DNA of 64,000 bases from Escherichia phage moskry. Below the pieces are notes generated by a model. It made no database searches. It saw only the letters and a program-made list of their open reading frames with translations, and was not told the DNA's origin. This document shows positions 44,842 to 54,407 of the stretch, one piece after another. The stretch lies in the sequence record MN850651.1. The stretch is one strand, 5' to 3'. The translations under genes were made by a program, and so were the position numbers. Position 1 is the stretch's first letter, and each line of letters starts with the position of its first letter.

Positions 44842-45528
44842 TTAGAAGTCGTGAGTAGAATCGGCTTCCATCGCAATAACATAACTTACTTGAGAGCTTT
44901 CAAACTTGGCTGCAACTTTATCACCGGCTCCCCACAACATTACTTTATAGTTACCTGGTTGGATTTTCATATTAGCCATATTGATTACGAAGTTAAAGTT
45001 ATTAGAACCGTCATAATCAGTAAGAGTCAAAGAATACTTAGGACGAGTTAGTCCGGAATCTTCAACTTTATTGTAACCGTTGATAACAATTTTACCATCT
45101 TTATTTGTAATAGCAATTGTATCAATCTGAAGACCACGTGAAACTCGAAGCAATTGTTGAAGGTCTTCAGCTTTAATTTCAGTAATCACAGAAGCCACTG
45201 GGAATTGAATTGGCTTATTAGGAAAAACAATGGTGCTCTTGTCAGCGGCAGGCCAATAAACTGTGGAACGTGTATCTGCAATTTTAATGTTGCCATCAGT
45301 GTGCATTGAAATTTCAGCATCATCAGACACTAGACTCAAAATGCTTAAGAAGCTATTCAAATCATAAAGTGCTACGTCAAAATCAATTTCATCAGAGATA
45401 TTTGCTTCCGCATAAGTGGTGCCATTAACTGCACGAGTCATAATAAATTTACCTTGACTCAGCAGAATGCCGGAGTTAATAGAGGCAAAGTTTTTCAGAA
45501 TAGCGATAGTATCTTTAGACAGTTTCAT
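44842..45528 (-). CDS. 45: sliding clamp gp45
   Basis: 228 aa from MKLSKDTIAILKNFASINSGILL.. matching RB69/T4 gp45; track ORF has a 5-codon extension. Confidence 0.95.
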   Translation of the reverse strand: MKLSKDTIAILKNFASINSGILLSQGKFIMTRAVNGTTYAEANISDEIDFDVALYDLNSFLSILSLVSDDAEISMHTDGNIKIADTRSTVYWPAADKSTIVFPNKPIQFPVASVITEIKAEDLQQLLRVSRGLQIDTIAITNKDGKIVINGYNKVEDSGLTRPKYSLTLTDYDGSNNFNFVINMANMKIQPGNYKVMLWGAGDKVAAKFESSQVSYVIAMEADSTHDF

Positions 45529-45570
45529 TTTATTTCCTTTCAAGACAATTCAAAGTTTATAACAAATTTA

Positions 45571-45987
45571 TTATGCAGCAACCATCTGCTTTTTAATAGC
45601 TTCAGGCAGTGATTCAATATATTCTGGAATTTTAGAAGCAACAATTTCGCCAGCGGCAATTAGTTGTTCGTCGGCATCAACACAGTAGAAATCTTCCAGA
45701 CGCTCAGAACCGTCTTTATCAAGAATGATTTTTCCGCCGGCTTCAATAGAATCTTTATAGTGCTTACGCATCAGATGAATCCACATATCAGATACATCAT
45801 TATCAATAAAACCATAAATCATAAAACGAGTTTCTTGTGGCAAAGATTGGAGTTTTTTAGCACTTGCGTCATCACAATGCAGGACCCATGCTTTACGAAC
45901 ACGATTATGGTTATGTGGGTTAGCGTCAGTACGGATAGAAGTAACTTTCAGATCAGCAGCAGTGAAACCTTTAGCAGTAGTAAACAT
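45571..45987 (-). CDS. rpbA: RpbA-like protein (by position)
   Basis: 138-aa ORF between gene 45 and 45.2, as in T4. Confidence 0.45.
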   Translation of the reverse strand: MFTTAKGFTAADLKVTSIRTDANPHNHNRVRKAWVLHCDDASAKKLQSLPQETRFMIYGFIDNDVSDMWIHLMRKHYKDSIEAGGKIILDKDGSERLEDFYCVDADEQLIAAGEIVASKIPEYIESLPEAIKKQMVAA

Positions 45988-45999
45988 ATTATTTCTCTC

Positions 46000-46200
46000 T
46001 TATTCGTAGAAGTCGGTAACTGTCCATGCGGAATTGCGATTAGACATTATTTTATTATACTCATCTTTAAAAGCAGATTTGAGCATTTGTTCAGTAACAA
46101 TATGTTCTTCACCTGAAAACGTATTGGTCAAAACATATTTTTTAATTTCAGGGACAACGAGAAGATGTTGGCCAGTTGAATACTCCATGTTGTTCTCCAT
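46000..46200 (-). CDS. hypothetical protein (45.2 position)
   Basis: 66-aa ORF. Confidence 0.45.
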   Translation of the reverse strand: MENNMEYSTGQHLLVVPEIKKYVLTNTFSGEEHIVTEQMLKSAFKDEYNKIMSNRNSAWTVTDFYE

Positions 46201-46242
46201 TTAATTTGATGTGGTCATTATAACCACATCGTGTTAAAGCGT

Positions 46243-47931
46243 TTATGAAACAGTCATTACCGTAAATCGTCCAACTTTGCTCATCTGAAGATGTTGTCCA
46301 TAACGTTGAGGGTCATGGTCTCGATGAGAGATAATGAACACATTAGTATTTTGTAAACTTCCAAGAATGGTATCTATAGCCTTAACAGCCTCAGAATCGA
46401 CAGCACCATCAAAAACCTCATCAAGAATCAGAGTGTTGATTTTAACACCAGAGACCTTTTCAGCAATATCTCGCCATGTAAACAACAACGCGATATCGAT
46501 ACGTGCCTTTTCACCTTGACTAAATGAAGCATAACTAAAATCTTCACGACCACGTGATTTTATAGATTCATTGAATTCTTCATCAATAGAAAACACGTAA
46601 TCAGCTTCCATGATTTTAAGATAATGGTTAATCTGCTTGTTGAACAGAGGCACATATTTTTTAATGATAGCACCTTTAATACCAGAATCTTTTAACATAT
46701 CTGTGATAATACCACGATGGTATTTTTCAAGAACGATATCCGATTTTGTTTTAATGATTTTATCAAGTTCTTTTTGAAGCAAAGCTATCTCATCGGCATG
46801 GTCGATAAATTCCGCCGAGGCTTGTTCTATTGCAGCTTTAACTTTCTTAGCTTTATCAATAGTGGCAATCATTGCTTGTTTCTTGGTACGAATATCAGAT
46901 GCAAGGTCCTGTTTAGTCTTAACATTAGCTCTATATTCGTCCACTAGGACACTCAGATTATCTCTGTGACAGGTAAGTTGCTCGAATGAGTGATTACATT
47001 CATGAAGCTTATCGGTAATCTTAGAGACAATAGGATCACCCTGGTGCAACTGTGATGCACAAGTAGGACATGTACCACCATCATGATACATCTTAATAAC
47101 TTTGTTATATGAGTCGATTTTAGATTTAATCAAGAATGCTTCTTGTCCGATCTTGTTGAATGCCTCAGTAGGGTCTTCATCAAGAACGATATTAAGTAGT
47201 CGCTCATTAGCTTCTTCGATTTCTGCTTTTAATGAACGAGCTTCTTTGGCTAGGTCGTCATACATATTCTGTAGACGCGCTACATTATCACCAGATAATT
47301 TCTTTTGACGTTCGATATTCTCGTTATAAATCTTAATTTGTTGGATAACACCATCTTTCTTAGCATCGAGAACTTGTCCCTGGGAATTAAGTTCTCGAAC
47401 TTGAGACTTATTGATTTTATCCATTTCGGCGAGTGTGCCGACTTCTAAAAGGTCTTCGACAAGTTTTCTACGAGCAGGGGTGCTAAGAGCCATGAAAGGG
47501 GTATACCCTGCCGTCCCAAGCACAACGATCTGTTTAAAAGACGCGTATGACATTCCGATGCTACGTTCAAATTCTTCTTGGAAGTCACGACTGCTGGCAG
47601 ATTCATCAAGACGAACACCGTCAACGGAGATTTCGAAAATATTGGGCTTTTGGCCTCGTTTAATGAAGTATTTTTTATCATCGAATTCCATCCAAAGCTC
47701 AACTAAGAGCTCTTTCTTGTTCGTGCTATTAATGATTTGTCCTTTCTTAACATCACGAAATGGTTTACCGAAAAGTCCGAAAGTAATGGCTTCTAACATC
47801 GTAGATTTACCACCGCCATTTTTACCAGTGATTAATGTCTTTTGGACTTTATCTAATTGGATATCAATAGGATTCCCACCTACCGACATGATGTTTTGAT
47901 AACGAACACGATTTAATTTAAATGATTTCAT
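46243..47931 (-). CDS. 46: recombination endonuclease subunit gp46 (Rad50/SbcC-like ATPase)
   Basis: 562 aa; Walker A ..ITGKNGGGKSTMLEAI.., long coiled-coil middle, C-terminal signature/D-loop (..LILDEVFDG..). Confidence 0.95.
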   Translation of the reverse strand: MKSFKLNRVRYQNIMSVGGNPIDIQLDKVQKTLITGKNGGGKSTMLEAITFGLFGKPFRDVKKGQIINSTNKKELLVELWMEFDDKKYFIKRGQKPNIFEISVDGVRLDESASSRDFQEEFERSIGMSYASFKQIVVLGTAGYTPFMALSTPARRKLVEDLLEVGTLAEMDKINKSQVRELNSQGQVLDAKKDGVIQQIKIYNENIERQKKLSGDNVARLQNMYDDLAKEARSLKAEIEEANERLLNIVLDEDPTEAFNKIGQEAFLIKSKIDSYNKVIKMYHDGGTCPTCASQLHQGDPIVSKITDKLHECNHSFEQLTCHRDNLSVLVDEYRANVKTKQDLASDIRTKKQAMIATIDKAKKVKAAIEQASAEFIDHADEIALLQKELDKIIKTKSDIVLEKYHRGIITDMLKDSGIKGAIIKKYVPLFNKQINHYLKIMEADYVFSIDEEFNESIKSRGREDFSYASFSQGEKARIDIALLFTWRDIAEKVSGVKINTLILDEVFDGAVDSEAVKAIDTILGSLQNTNVFIISHRDHDPQRYGQHLQMSKVGRFTVMTVS

Positions 47932-48182
47932 ATGTATTCTCTTCGAATGAAGTCCTCTACATATTTTAACATGTCATCTCTATCAGCAAAATATTCATCT
48001 AGTTCTGCATACATAACAACACCTGGCGCGTACTCACAGGTAACATACATTGTTCCAAAGAAACGAGGAGTTGATTCCTCGTAATTCTCAGTCCATTCAA
48101 CGATACCAATATAACCGTCACCAATACTAAATTCATGACGATGGATTTCATAATCAGTCTTCGTCATTATACGCATCCTCAA
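47928..48182 (-). CDS. hypothetical protein (46.1 position)
   Basis: 84-aa ORF overlapping the gene 46 start by 4 nt. Confidence 0.5.
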   Translation of the reverse strand: MRMRIMTKTDYEIHRHEFSIGDGYIGIVEWTENYEESTPRFFGTMYVTCEYAPGVVMYAELDEYFADRDDMLKYVEDFIRREYI

Positions 48183-48411
48183 TACACGCTTCAGCCATTT
48201 TAAGAATAGAACTGGGAGTATCGTTGTCCATTATATTAAAGCTAAATTCAATAGCCCAGTCGGTGCAGACATGAACTGCTTTAACTTCATTGCCTTCAAC
48301 GCGTAATGGCTCAATCCAATACTTGATAGTGTTCTCGAATCCATCATCATCTTTAACGTCTATTTCAACTTCAAGCCCGAGCCCAGCATTGTTAAATTCA
48401 TCTAAAGTCAT
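48154..48411 (-). CDS. hypothetical acidic protein (46.2 position)
   Basis: 85-aa ORF. Confidence 0.45.
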   Translation of the reverse strand: MTLDEFNNAGLGLEVEIDVKDDDGFENTIKYWIEPLRVEGNEVKAVHVCTDWAIEFSFNIMDNDTPSSILKMAEACIEDAYNDED

Positions 48412-49427
48412 TGTGTTGCCTCAATATAAAGTTCGTTGGAATATTTGACCAGCGCTTCTCTGTCTTCGTCTGAGATATCTGGAATCGCGTCAATATATTC
48501 TTTAATGATATCTTGAAGTGATTTAATCTCGATTTCCTGGTCGTCATCAGATTCAACACTGTTATCAACTTTAGAAACCATACGAAGAGAGTGAACTACT
48601 TTTTCAAGTTCAGATTCAAACTTAGTCAAATCTGAATCAATTTCTGATACTATAACACGTACGGCTAGATTAGTATAATCAGAATAATTGATTTTGCCTT
48701 TAAACGGATAAGTGATTCGTCGATGCCATGTTGTTTCATTAGGAATAAATTCCATACGTTCAACATCAGTGTCAAATACCCAGAATCCTCGAGGGTCGTT
48801 CTCATCACCTGCAGTAAGGGTCCATGGTGTCCCAATATATTTGACGTTAGCAGCTTCAGAGATTGTGTGGAAGTGGCCGGACCAGACTTGTTTATAGGTC
48901 TTTAAGAAATCAGGTTCAAGCCCATGAGACTTCATTCCTTTATAGAAATAAAAGCCGTTCAGTTCCCAGTGACCAACACAATACGCAGCAGAAGAAGTCT
49001 TGATGTGCTCTAAGATTTCACCTGTATTTTCTTCACACATCCATGGAACGATATCAATCAGACATCCGTCAAAATCTACAGTAGTTGGATGTTCGTAAAT
49101 AGTAAAGTTTTCAAATTGAGTTAACAATTCAGAAACAGTGTTAGGTGTTATTGTATTTTTAAACGCCATGTCATGGTTTCCTATCGTGACATGAACGTGA
49201 ATGCCTGCTTTAGAAATCATATCAACGATTTCACGATTGAATTCCATTGTACGATGTGTTATTGCTTTACGGACGTCAAACCAATCACCGTACTGAATCC
49301 AAGTTTTAATCCCGTGTTTCTTAGAGTATTCAATTGCTTGACGAATACCGTCACGTTGAATATCTTGGACCCATGGGTCGTCTTGTTTGACTCCGATATG
49401 GAAGTCGCCTAAGTGCAAAATTTTCAT
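48408..49427 (-). CDS. 47: recombination endonuclease subunit gp47 (Mre11/SbcD-like phosphoesterase)
   Basis: 339 aa; calcineurin-like motifs ..MKILHLGDFHIG.., ..GDWFD.., ..GNHD.. Confidence 0.95.
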   Translation of the reverse strand: MKILHLGDFHIGVKQDDPWVQDIQRDGIRQAIEYSKKHGIKTWIQYGDWFDVRKAITHRTMEFNREIVDMISKAGIHVHVTIGNHDMAFKNTITPNTVSELLTQFENFTIYEHPTTVDFDGCLIDIVPWMCEENTGEILEHIKTSSAAYCVGHWELNGFYFYKGMKSHGLEPDFLKTYKQVWSGHFHTISEAANVKYIGTPWTLTAGDENDPRGFWVFDTDVERMEFIPNETTWHRRITYPFKGKINYSDYTNLAVRVIVSEIDSDLTKFESELEKVVHSLRMVSKVDNSVESDDDQEIEIKSLQDIIKEYIDAIPDISDEDREALVKYSNELYIEATQ

Positions 49428-49473
49428 ATTATTTCCTCATTAGTTAATTCATTTTATCATCCGTTTATAAAGC

Positions 49474-49499
49474 AAAAAAAAGGAACTCCGAAGAGTTCC
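49474..49499 (-). terminator. terminator hairpin upstream of gene 47 / downstream of a small ORF
   Basis: GGAACUC-CGAA-GAGUUCC followed on - strand by a U8 run. Confidence 0.6.
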
Positions 49500-49672
49500 T
49501 ATCCACATAGTACACCGTACAGAGGCTCATTTGAACTTTTAAATCGAATGGGCTTGTATGTAATAGTTCCTTCGGCTTTAGCTTTATCATAAGACTCTTT
49601 AAAACGTCTCATTCTTTCTGCTTTGCCTTTACTGATTTTATCGAAATTTTCAGAAGTCGGGATGTTCGTCAT
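49499..49672 (-). CDS. small hypothetical protein (57 aa)
   Basis: Not in ORF track; MTNIPTSENFDKISKGKAERMRRFKESYDKAKAEGTITYKPIRFKSSNEPLYGVLCG; occupies the region where T4 carries alpha-gt. Confidence 0.3.
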   Translation of the reverse strand: MTNIPTSENFDKISKGKAERMRRFKESYDKAKAEGTITYKPIRFKSSNEPLYGVLCG

Positions 49673-49711
49673 GCATAATCACCTCTCAGAAAATACCTAA
49701 ATCGATTTCTC

Positions 49712-49918
49712 TCATCGTTTCCACCATTTCTTAACTTGAAATGAATCAACCCACACGAGTTGTTTTGGGTCTGCCTTTACAATAGGCGGACAAATTTCTG
49801 TAATAGAACCGTCGTGATATTCCTTTTCGGAAATTTTAACACAAAGAGGACCACCTAATTTAATGGTGAACCCTGCGTTCAGCTTCAGACGTTTAAACTT
49901 TGTTTGAACTAGCGCCAT
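49712..49918 (-). CDS. hypothetical protein (track ORF extends to 49933)
   Basis: ORF track. Confidence 0.35.
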   Translation of the reverse strand: MALVQTKFKRLKLNAGFTIKLGGPLCVKISEKEYHDGSITEICPPIVKADPKQLVWVDSFQVKKWWKR

Positions 49919-50216
49919 TAATGATGTCCTCAATAGCCTGACGAGTAGTAATCCACTGGATTTTAATTAACTTGTCATTATATGGTTGTCGTAGAATATC
50001 CCGAGATTTCTTAATAGCATATTCATAAGCTTCGAAGTTGTTTTGAATTGCTGCTTCTTGAGCATGAGCATAAAGACGGTTTAGTTCAAAACGATTCTTT
50101 TTAAGAATCTTTTCAGATTTTTTACGTGCTTCAGCTTCATTTTTCTTTTGGATTTCTTGTAGCATTTTAGCTACTGCATCTTCTGCTTCTTTATTTTCAA
50201 TAATCTCGGTAGTCAT
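49893..50216 (-). CDS. hypothetical protein (107 aa), Lys/Glu-rich
   Basis: ORF track. Confidence 0.45.
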   Translation of the reverse strand: MTTEIIENKEAEDAVAKMLQEIQKKNEAEARKKSEKILKKNRFELNRLYAHAQEAAIQNNFEAYEYAIKKSRDILRQPYNDKLIKIQWITTRQAIEDIINGASSNKV

Positions 50217-50217
50217 A

Positions 50218-50433
50218 TTATCTCATTAAATTAAAATAAAAACGTCCATCCTCTTCAATACAGAACTCATACTCAACCGGAGTCCCATTTATCGAAAATG
50301 ACACGTCATGTGGGTTCAAAGGGTCGATGTCAAAATTAATTTTAAATTCACGACCCAACAATTTTACCAAATAAGGGATTGCTTCGTCAAAAGGTTCTTC
50401 TAAGTAGTTAGAGATGTCAATTGTCATCCTCAT
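50218..50433 (-). CDS. hypothetical protein (track ORF extends to 50511 into gene 55)
   Basis: Internal Met ([10 protein letters not shown]..) just downstream of the gene 55 stop. Confidence 0.4.
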   Translation of the reverse strand: MRMTIDISNYLEEPFDEAIPYLVKLLGREFKINFDIDPLNPHDVSFSINGTPVEYEFCIEEDGRFYFNLMR

Positions 50434-50974
50434 ATAAAAAATCCAAACTAGGCGAATCGCTAACAACTTCCTTCTTTTCAGCCCCAGGAGCTTTATAAGC
50501 GGATTCTTCATAATGCGTCATTTTATCGTAGATGTCTTGAATAAACGTTTCATCTACCAACGCTACCATATCATCGTCATGACTGTCGTAGACATTATGA
50601 ACGAAGTAACTATATTTCTTTGCAACTTCCTTACGTTCTTTTTTGATACGTTGGACAAAAGCATTAAAACAAGCTCGAGTTATGTATGCATGTGGGTTAT
50701 TGTACTTAGTTTCGTCGAAATTATGAAGTCCCTTAATAGAGGCTTCAATCCCATCTGCAATCATCTCCTGCTTCCAAGACTGGGTATATCCTGAAAAGTT
50801 GAAACGTTTGGACAGGCCTTCGGCGATAAGCATAATTGCTAAACCGATGGTATCATTCTGACGAATAATTTTGTTTGGGTCTTTATTATTTAAGAGCTCC
50901 TTTTTCCACTCGATTATAGCGGCGAGAAGCTCTTTATTATTCACATAGTTATTTTTAGGTTTTTGTTCAGTCAT
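50417..50974 (-). CDS. 55: late-transcription sigma factor gp55
   Basis: 185 aa from ATG ([17 protein letters not shown]..); ..[49 protein letters not shown].. matches T4 gp55 from memory; the track start at 50992 is a TTG. Confidence 0.9.
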   Translation of the reverse strand: MTEQKPKNNYVNNKELLAAIIEWKKELLNNKDPNKIIRQNDTIGLAIMLIAEGLSKRFNFSGYTQSWKQEMIADGIEASIKGLHNFDETKYNNPHAYITRACFNAFVQRIKKERKEVAKKYSYFVHNVYDSHDDDMVALVDETFIQDIYDKMTHYEESAYKAPGAEKKEVVSDSPSLDFLYEDDN

Positions 50975-51046
50975 AAGTACCTCTTGGCTCAATTCATAGG
51001 TCTATTATATCATAATATTTAGAGACCTATCTTAAAGCACGAGATA

Positions 51047-51316
51047 CTATCGGAGCAAACAATACGCCTGGAATACTTTTTCCATTAAACGTTTGAACTC
51101 ATGGATATCGATATAAAGCTCAGTAAGACCGGCATTATAAAGAAAATCTAAAAAGTTCTCATGTGTTTCGTTATAGTCGCCTTCGTTTAATTGAGATACA
51201 TGAGTTTCCCAAAAACCAACACCTTTAACGAATGGAAAATACGTGACTTTCATGTATTCGTCAACATAAAATTCGCCCAGCTTTTCTTCAGTTATACTGA
51301 TTCGAGTTATTTTCAT
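51047..51316 (-). CDS. hypothetical protein (89 aa)
   Basis: ORF track. Confidence 0.45.
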   Translation of the reverse strand: MKITRISITEEKLGEFYVDEYMKVTYFPFVKGVGFWETHVSQLNEGDYNETHENFLDFLYNAGLTELYIDIHEFKRLMEKVFQAYCLLR

Positions 51317-51540
51317 TCTAGTTCCTTTGCTGCTTCAAGAGCAGCATCCAGCGAATCAAATTGGTCAACGAAATCAATATTCAACGCATCGTCAACCGTA
51401 GCATATAACCACCATTGTTTGAATTCGTATTCTAGGATAAATCCAGGCCCTTCAATCTGAGGAAGACCTAGGCTATTTGTACCAACTTCGTAACCAGCTA
51501 GACGCAGGTCATTAATCAAAGTTTCTGTTAATACGCTCAT
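51313..51540 (-). CDS. hypothetical acidic protein (75 aa)
   Basis: ORF track; coupled to flanking genes. Confidence 0.45.
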   Translation of the reverse strand: MSVLTETLINDLRLAGYEVGTNSLGLPQIEGPGFILEYEFKQWWLYATVDDALNIDFVDQFDSLDAALEAAKELE

Positions 51541-51869
51541 TTTACCGCCTTAACAATTTTCAGGTCAACGAATTTTTTCTTACGTTGATTTTTCATACGA
51601 CGGATAGTCTTTTCAGAGATTTCATGTTTCTGATAAGCTTTAGATTCAACACCAAATGCAGCAACGTCAAATTCAGAAAGAATATATTGTACTAGAATTT
51701 CACGAATAGAATTACGTCCAATTTTCTGGTCGTGTTTTTGCATGATTTCATAAAGACGGAATTCCCACGCATCAAGAACTTGAGGAGTAACAATATTGCC
51801 AGATTCCAGAAGAGCAACAACTTTATCGAAAGCGAAAGAATTAACTACGTTTTTGATTTTAGTAGACAT
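51537..51869 (-). CDS. hypothetical protein (110 aa; track ORF extends to 51917)
   Basis: Internal Met MSTKIKNVVN.. preceded by SD GAGGAA; the track extension overlaps the promoter. Confidence 0.45.
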   Translation of the reverse strand: MSTKIKNVVNSFAFDKVVALLESGNIVTPQVLDAWEFRLYEIMQKHDQKIGRNSIREILVQYILSEFDVAAFGVESKAYQKHEISEKTIRRMKNQRKKKFVDLKIVKAVK

Positions 51870-51906
51870 ATTATTTTCCTCGGTTATTTTATTATCCAAC
51901 GAGAGA

Positions 51907-51935
51907 ATTATACTCATCTCTCAAGAGTTTGTATA
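51907..51935 (-). promoter_or_regulatory. early promoter (TATACA-N17-TATAAT) with dyad GAGAGA/TCTCTC
   Basis: Read directly. Confidence 0.45.
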
Positions 51936-52175
51936 CTATTTTTTAAGCATGAAAAGTAAGTAATTTGTATCACGTGGAGTAATATCAACACCCATATCAA
52001 AGATGCCTTTATAGATTGGGTATTTGTTTTCGGTTGTATCGAAGCTGAAACTATTTCCATCACAACTAACAGTAATAGCATCTGTTAAAATGTCATACTC
52101 AATCCTAACAATTGAATCCCCAATTTTAACGTCGAGGTGTTTTTTGAATTTGATAAAATCTAATTCTTGGGCCAT
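51936..52175 (-). CDS. hypothetical protein (79 aa)
   Basis: ORF track. Confidence 0.4.
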   Translation of the reverse strand: MAQELDFIKFKKHLDVKIGDSIVRIEYDILTDAITVSCDGNSFSFDTTENKYPIYKGIFDMGVDITPRDTNYLLFMLKK

Positions 52176-52238
52176 GATATTTTACTCATTTTAAGACGAT
52201 AGGAAGATAATAACATGTCTTCCTATCGTTGTACATTA

Positions 52239-52451
52239 TTAACCGAACTTTTTAGCGCCTTTCCAGCCTTCGTACATAACTGCACAAGTCAATAGTACAG
52301 CGTGCTGGCATTCTTTGTATTTGTAAACCCAGAACCAGCGTAAGAAGTCTTCATCCTCAACGCCGTTGAGTTTCATATTGGCAAAGAATTCTGCACGTTC
52401 TTCACGAAGCTTTTGCGATAACATAGATTCAGGATTCATTTTGTGTTCCAC
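52239..52451 (-). CDS. hypothetical protein (70 aa)
   Basis: ORF track. Confidence 0.4.
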   Translation of the reverse strand: MEHKMNPESMLSQKLREERAEFFANMKLNGVEDEDFLRWFWVYKYKECQHAVLLTCAVMYEGWKGAKKFG

Positions 52452-52570
52452 GCCCCATTTTCATCGATGAACTTAATCCAGTCATTTACAGACCATTTAG
52501 TTGTATCACCCTTTGGATTAACATTTAAAGTGTATAATCCCTGCTTAAAAAGCATTCGTTTGATATTCAT
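52436..52570 (-). CDS. small hypothetical protein (track ORF extends to 52663)
   Basis: Track ORF overlaps the upstream gene; internal Met start suggested. Confidence 0.3.
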   Translation of the reverse strand: MNIKRMLFKQGLYTLNVNPKGDTTKWSVNDWIKFIDENGAWNTK

Positions 52571-52577
52571 AATTTCC

Positions 52578-52871
52578 TCAACTGTAACGATAACATTCGT
52601 TAGCTTTACGTTTGGCTTCAGTATGAGAAGTATTATAATCATAATCTTCTTTACTGTAAACATCTTTTTTCAACTTACGAACTTCTTTGCGGAGTTGTCG
52701 ATTCATTTCGTTCTTGACTTCAGAATCAACGCCTTTCATACGTTTCCATTTATCTGAGCGGAAGATGTTTTCAACCATGTCTTTGTGGCTAACACCGTCA
52801 GGAGCTTTACGCTTACCAAAATAGTCGTAATCGCGAACTTTCAAATCTTTACGACGATATGTTTTACCCAT
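52578..52871 (-). CDS. hypothetical basic protein (track ORF extends to 52901)
   Basis: ORF track; Lys/Arg-rich. Confidence 0.4.
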   Translation of the reverse strand: MGKTYRRKDLKVRDYDYFGKRKAPDGVSHKDMVENIFRSDKWKRMKGVDSEVKNEMNRQLRKEVRKLKKDVYSKEDYDYNTSHTEAKRKANECYRYS

Positions 52872-52878
52872 AAGTACC

Positions 52879-53127
52879 TCAGAGGTTGATTGATACGACA
52901 CGTTTGATAAAATTCACTTCACTTACTGAAAGGTCTTTAAGACCGATTGATTCTAAACGCTGAGTAAGCGTCAACATCGGGATATAATCCCAATGAGTTT
53001 TATTTGCTTGATAAGTACGGACGCCATTAGCAATTTCAACATGCAAATCGGAAATGGTAACGAATACCAGACGCTCGTCATCAACTTTAAGGGTTAGAAC
53101 AACTTTCTTTGAATCTAAACTAATCAT
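52879..53127 (-). CDS. hypothetical protein (82 aa)
   Basis: ORF track. Confidence 0.4.
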   Translation of the reverse strand: MISLDSKKVVLTLKVDDERLVFVTISDLHVEIANGVRTYQANKTHWDYIPMLTLTQRLESIGLKDLSVSEVNFIKRVVSINL

Positions 53128-53306
53128 GGCTTAATTTCCTTCGCAATTGAACAGAAGATACCACGGTCACAAAGCATTTCGCCAATTTCTGGATATTTGA
53201 TTGAACGGTACCAAACATCCAGGCTTGAAACTCTGGTTATCTGTACTGCATTACCGTTGACAGAATAGTACTGGTCAACCTTAATTTCTTTATCTTCAAT
53301 TGTCAT
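53124..53306 (-). CDS. hypothetical protein (60 aa; track ORF extends to 53468)
   Basis: Internal Met MTIEDKEIKV.. preceded by SD AGAGGA and a promoter; the track extension spans the promoter. Confidence 0.4.
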   Translation of the reverse strand: MTIEDKEIKVDQYYSVNGNAVQITRVSSLDVWYRSIKYPEIGEMLCDRGIFCSIAKEIKP

Positions 53307-53334
53307 TTTATTTTCCTCTATAGTAGATGGTTTA

Positions 53335-53363
53335 ATCTTAACACATTTATTGAGGATGTAAAC
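53335..53363 (-). promoter_or_regulatory. early promoter GTTTAC-N17-TAAGAT
   Basis: Read directly. Confidence 0.45.
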
Positions 53364-53472
53364 TGTTTTATGAAAATATTTTTTGATTTGAGAGGGGCAC
53401 AAGGAGATAGTGAAGTGAAGATTCCAATGGATTATATTAGAAATGAGATAAAGAAGACCAGGCGGCACCTGG

Positions 53473-53796
53473 TCAATCTTCTATGATATCAGAGTCATAT
53501 CCTAATGAAATCAAGGACTTTTTAAACTCTGCAATATTCTTTTGTTTCTTATCATTTAAAAATATGACAGGATAACGAATATTAAGTGAAGTGAATCCTG
53601 CACGTTTAGCAAGAGATACGATTAAAGGACGGTCATATTCAATCTTACCATTATTAGTGAGGACTTTATAAAATGTATAAGGAGCATTGAGCTCCTTTAA
53701 AAGTTTTGTAACAGTATAACATCCTGGACAACGTCCAACTTCTTCAGGGATGCCATAAATTTCAATCTTGTTCTTTAAGTTCGAGTTTTGTTCCAC
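53473..53796 (-). CDS. thioredoxin/glutaredoxin-like protein with CxxC (NrdH position)
   Basis: ..IEIYGIPEEVGRCPGCYTV.. redox motif; probable GTG start at 53796 preceded by SD AAGGAA (track ORF begins at 53925 and overlaps the upstream gene). Confidence 0.4.
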   Translation of the reverse strand: MEQNSNLKNKIEIYGIPEEVGRCPGCYTVTKLLKELNAPYTFYKVLTNNGKIEYDRPLIVSLAKRAGFTSLNIRYPVIFLNDKKQKNIAEFKKSLISLGYDSDIIED

Positions 53797-54079
53797 GAGA
53801 AATAATTCCTTGGTAAGCCCAATAAGGAGGATTAACAGAATCCTCACCAGAGTTTTCTTCAGGAAAATAAACCTGGATAACGAAGCCGGATTCATCAAAG
53901 GTAAAATAAACCGTAGGCAGTTCACCTAACAAATCGGCACGAGCGTTGATTTCTTCGAGGTCTTGTTCACGTCCAGCCCAAAAACTAGGATTTAGACTAC
54001 ATTCATAGAAATAATAGTCATTACCGAACATATCAAAACCTTTCCAACTCTCTACCACATACCGCTCAAAACTAATCAT
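53762..54079 (-). CDS. hypothetical protein (105 aa)
   Basis: ORF track. Confidence 0.4.
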   Translation of the reverse strand: MISFERYVVESWKGFDMFGNDYYFYECSLNPSFWAGREQDLEEINARADLLGELPTVYFTFDESGFVIQVYFPEENSGEDSVNPPYWAYQGIISRGTKLELKEQD

Positions 54080-54081
54080 AA

Positions 54082-54297
54082 TTAAGCCTTTTTATCAAGA
54101 ACAGAATTCAGTTTATTAGTAATTTTGTCCAAACGTTCATTGAATTCGCTGGAGGATAAACCCTTTTCTGGAGAAATTAAACTAATCACGAAAAATACAC
54201 CAGTAAAAGGAATAAGAAAAATAGCTCCAACTGCCATAAACAAAAAGAACGTTACAGTTGTAAGAAAATCAGCTAAACCTTTACGAAATTTATACAT
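54082..54297 (-). CDS. small membrane protein (71 aa)
   Basis: ORF track; central hydrophobic stretch. Confidence 0.4.
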   Translation of the reverse strand: MYKFRKGLADFLTTVTFFLFMAVGAIFLIPFTGVFFVISLISPEKGLSSSEFNERLDKITNKLNSVLDKKA

Positions 54298-54407
54298 ATT
54301 TACCCTTAATTAACTAAGCATTGATAAGCACTAAACTATATTGGGAATAAAATTCTGGACCAAAACGAAAAATCATATCATTTATAGTATCCATAATATA
54401 ATTCAAT

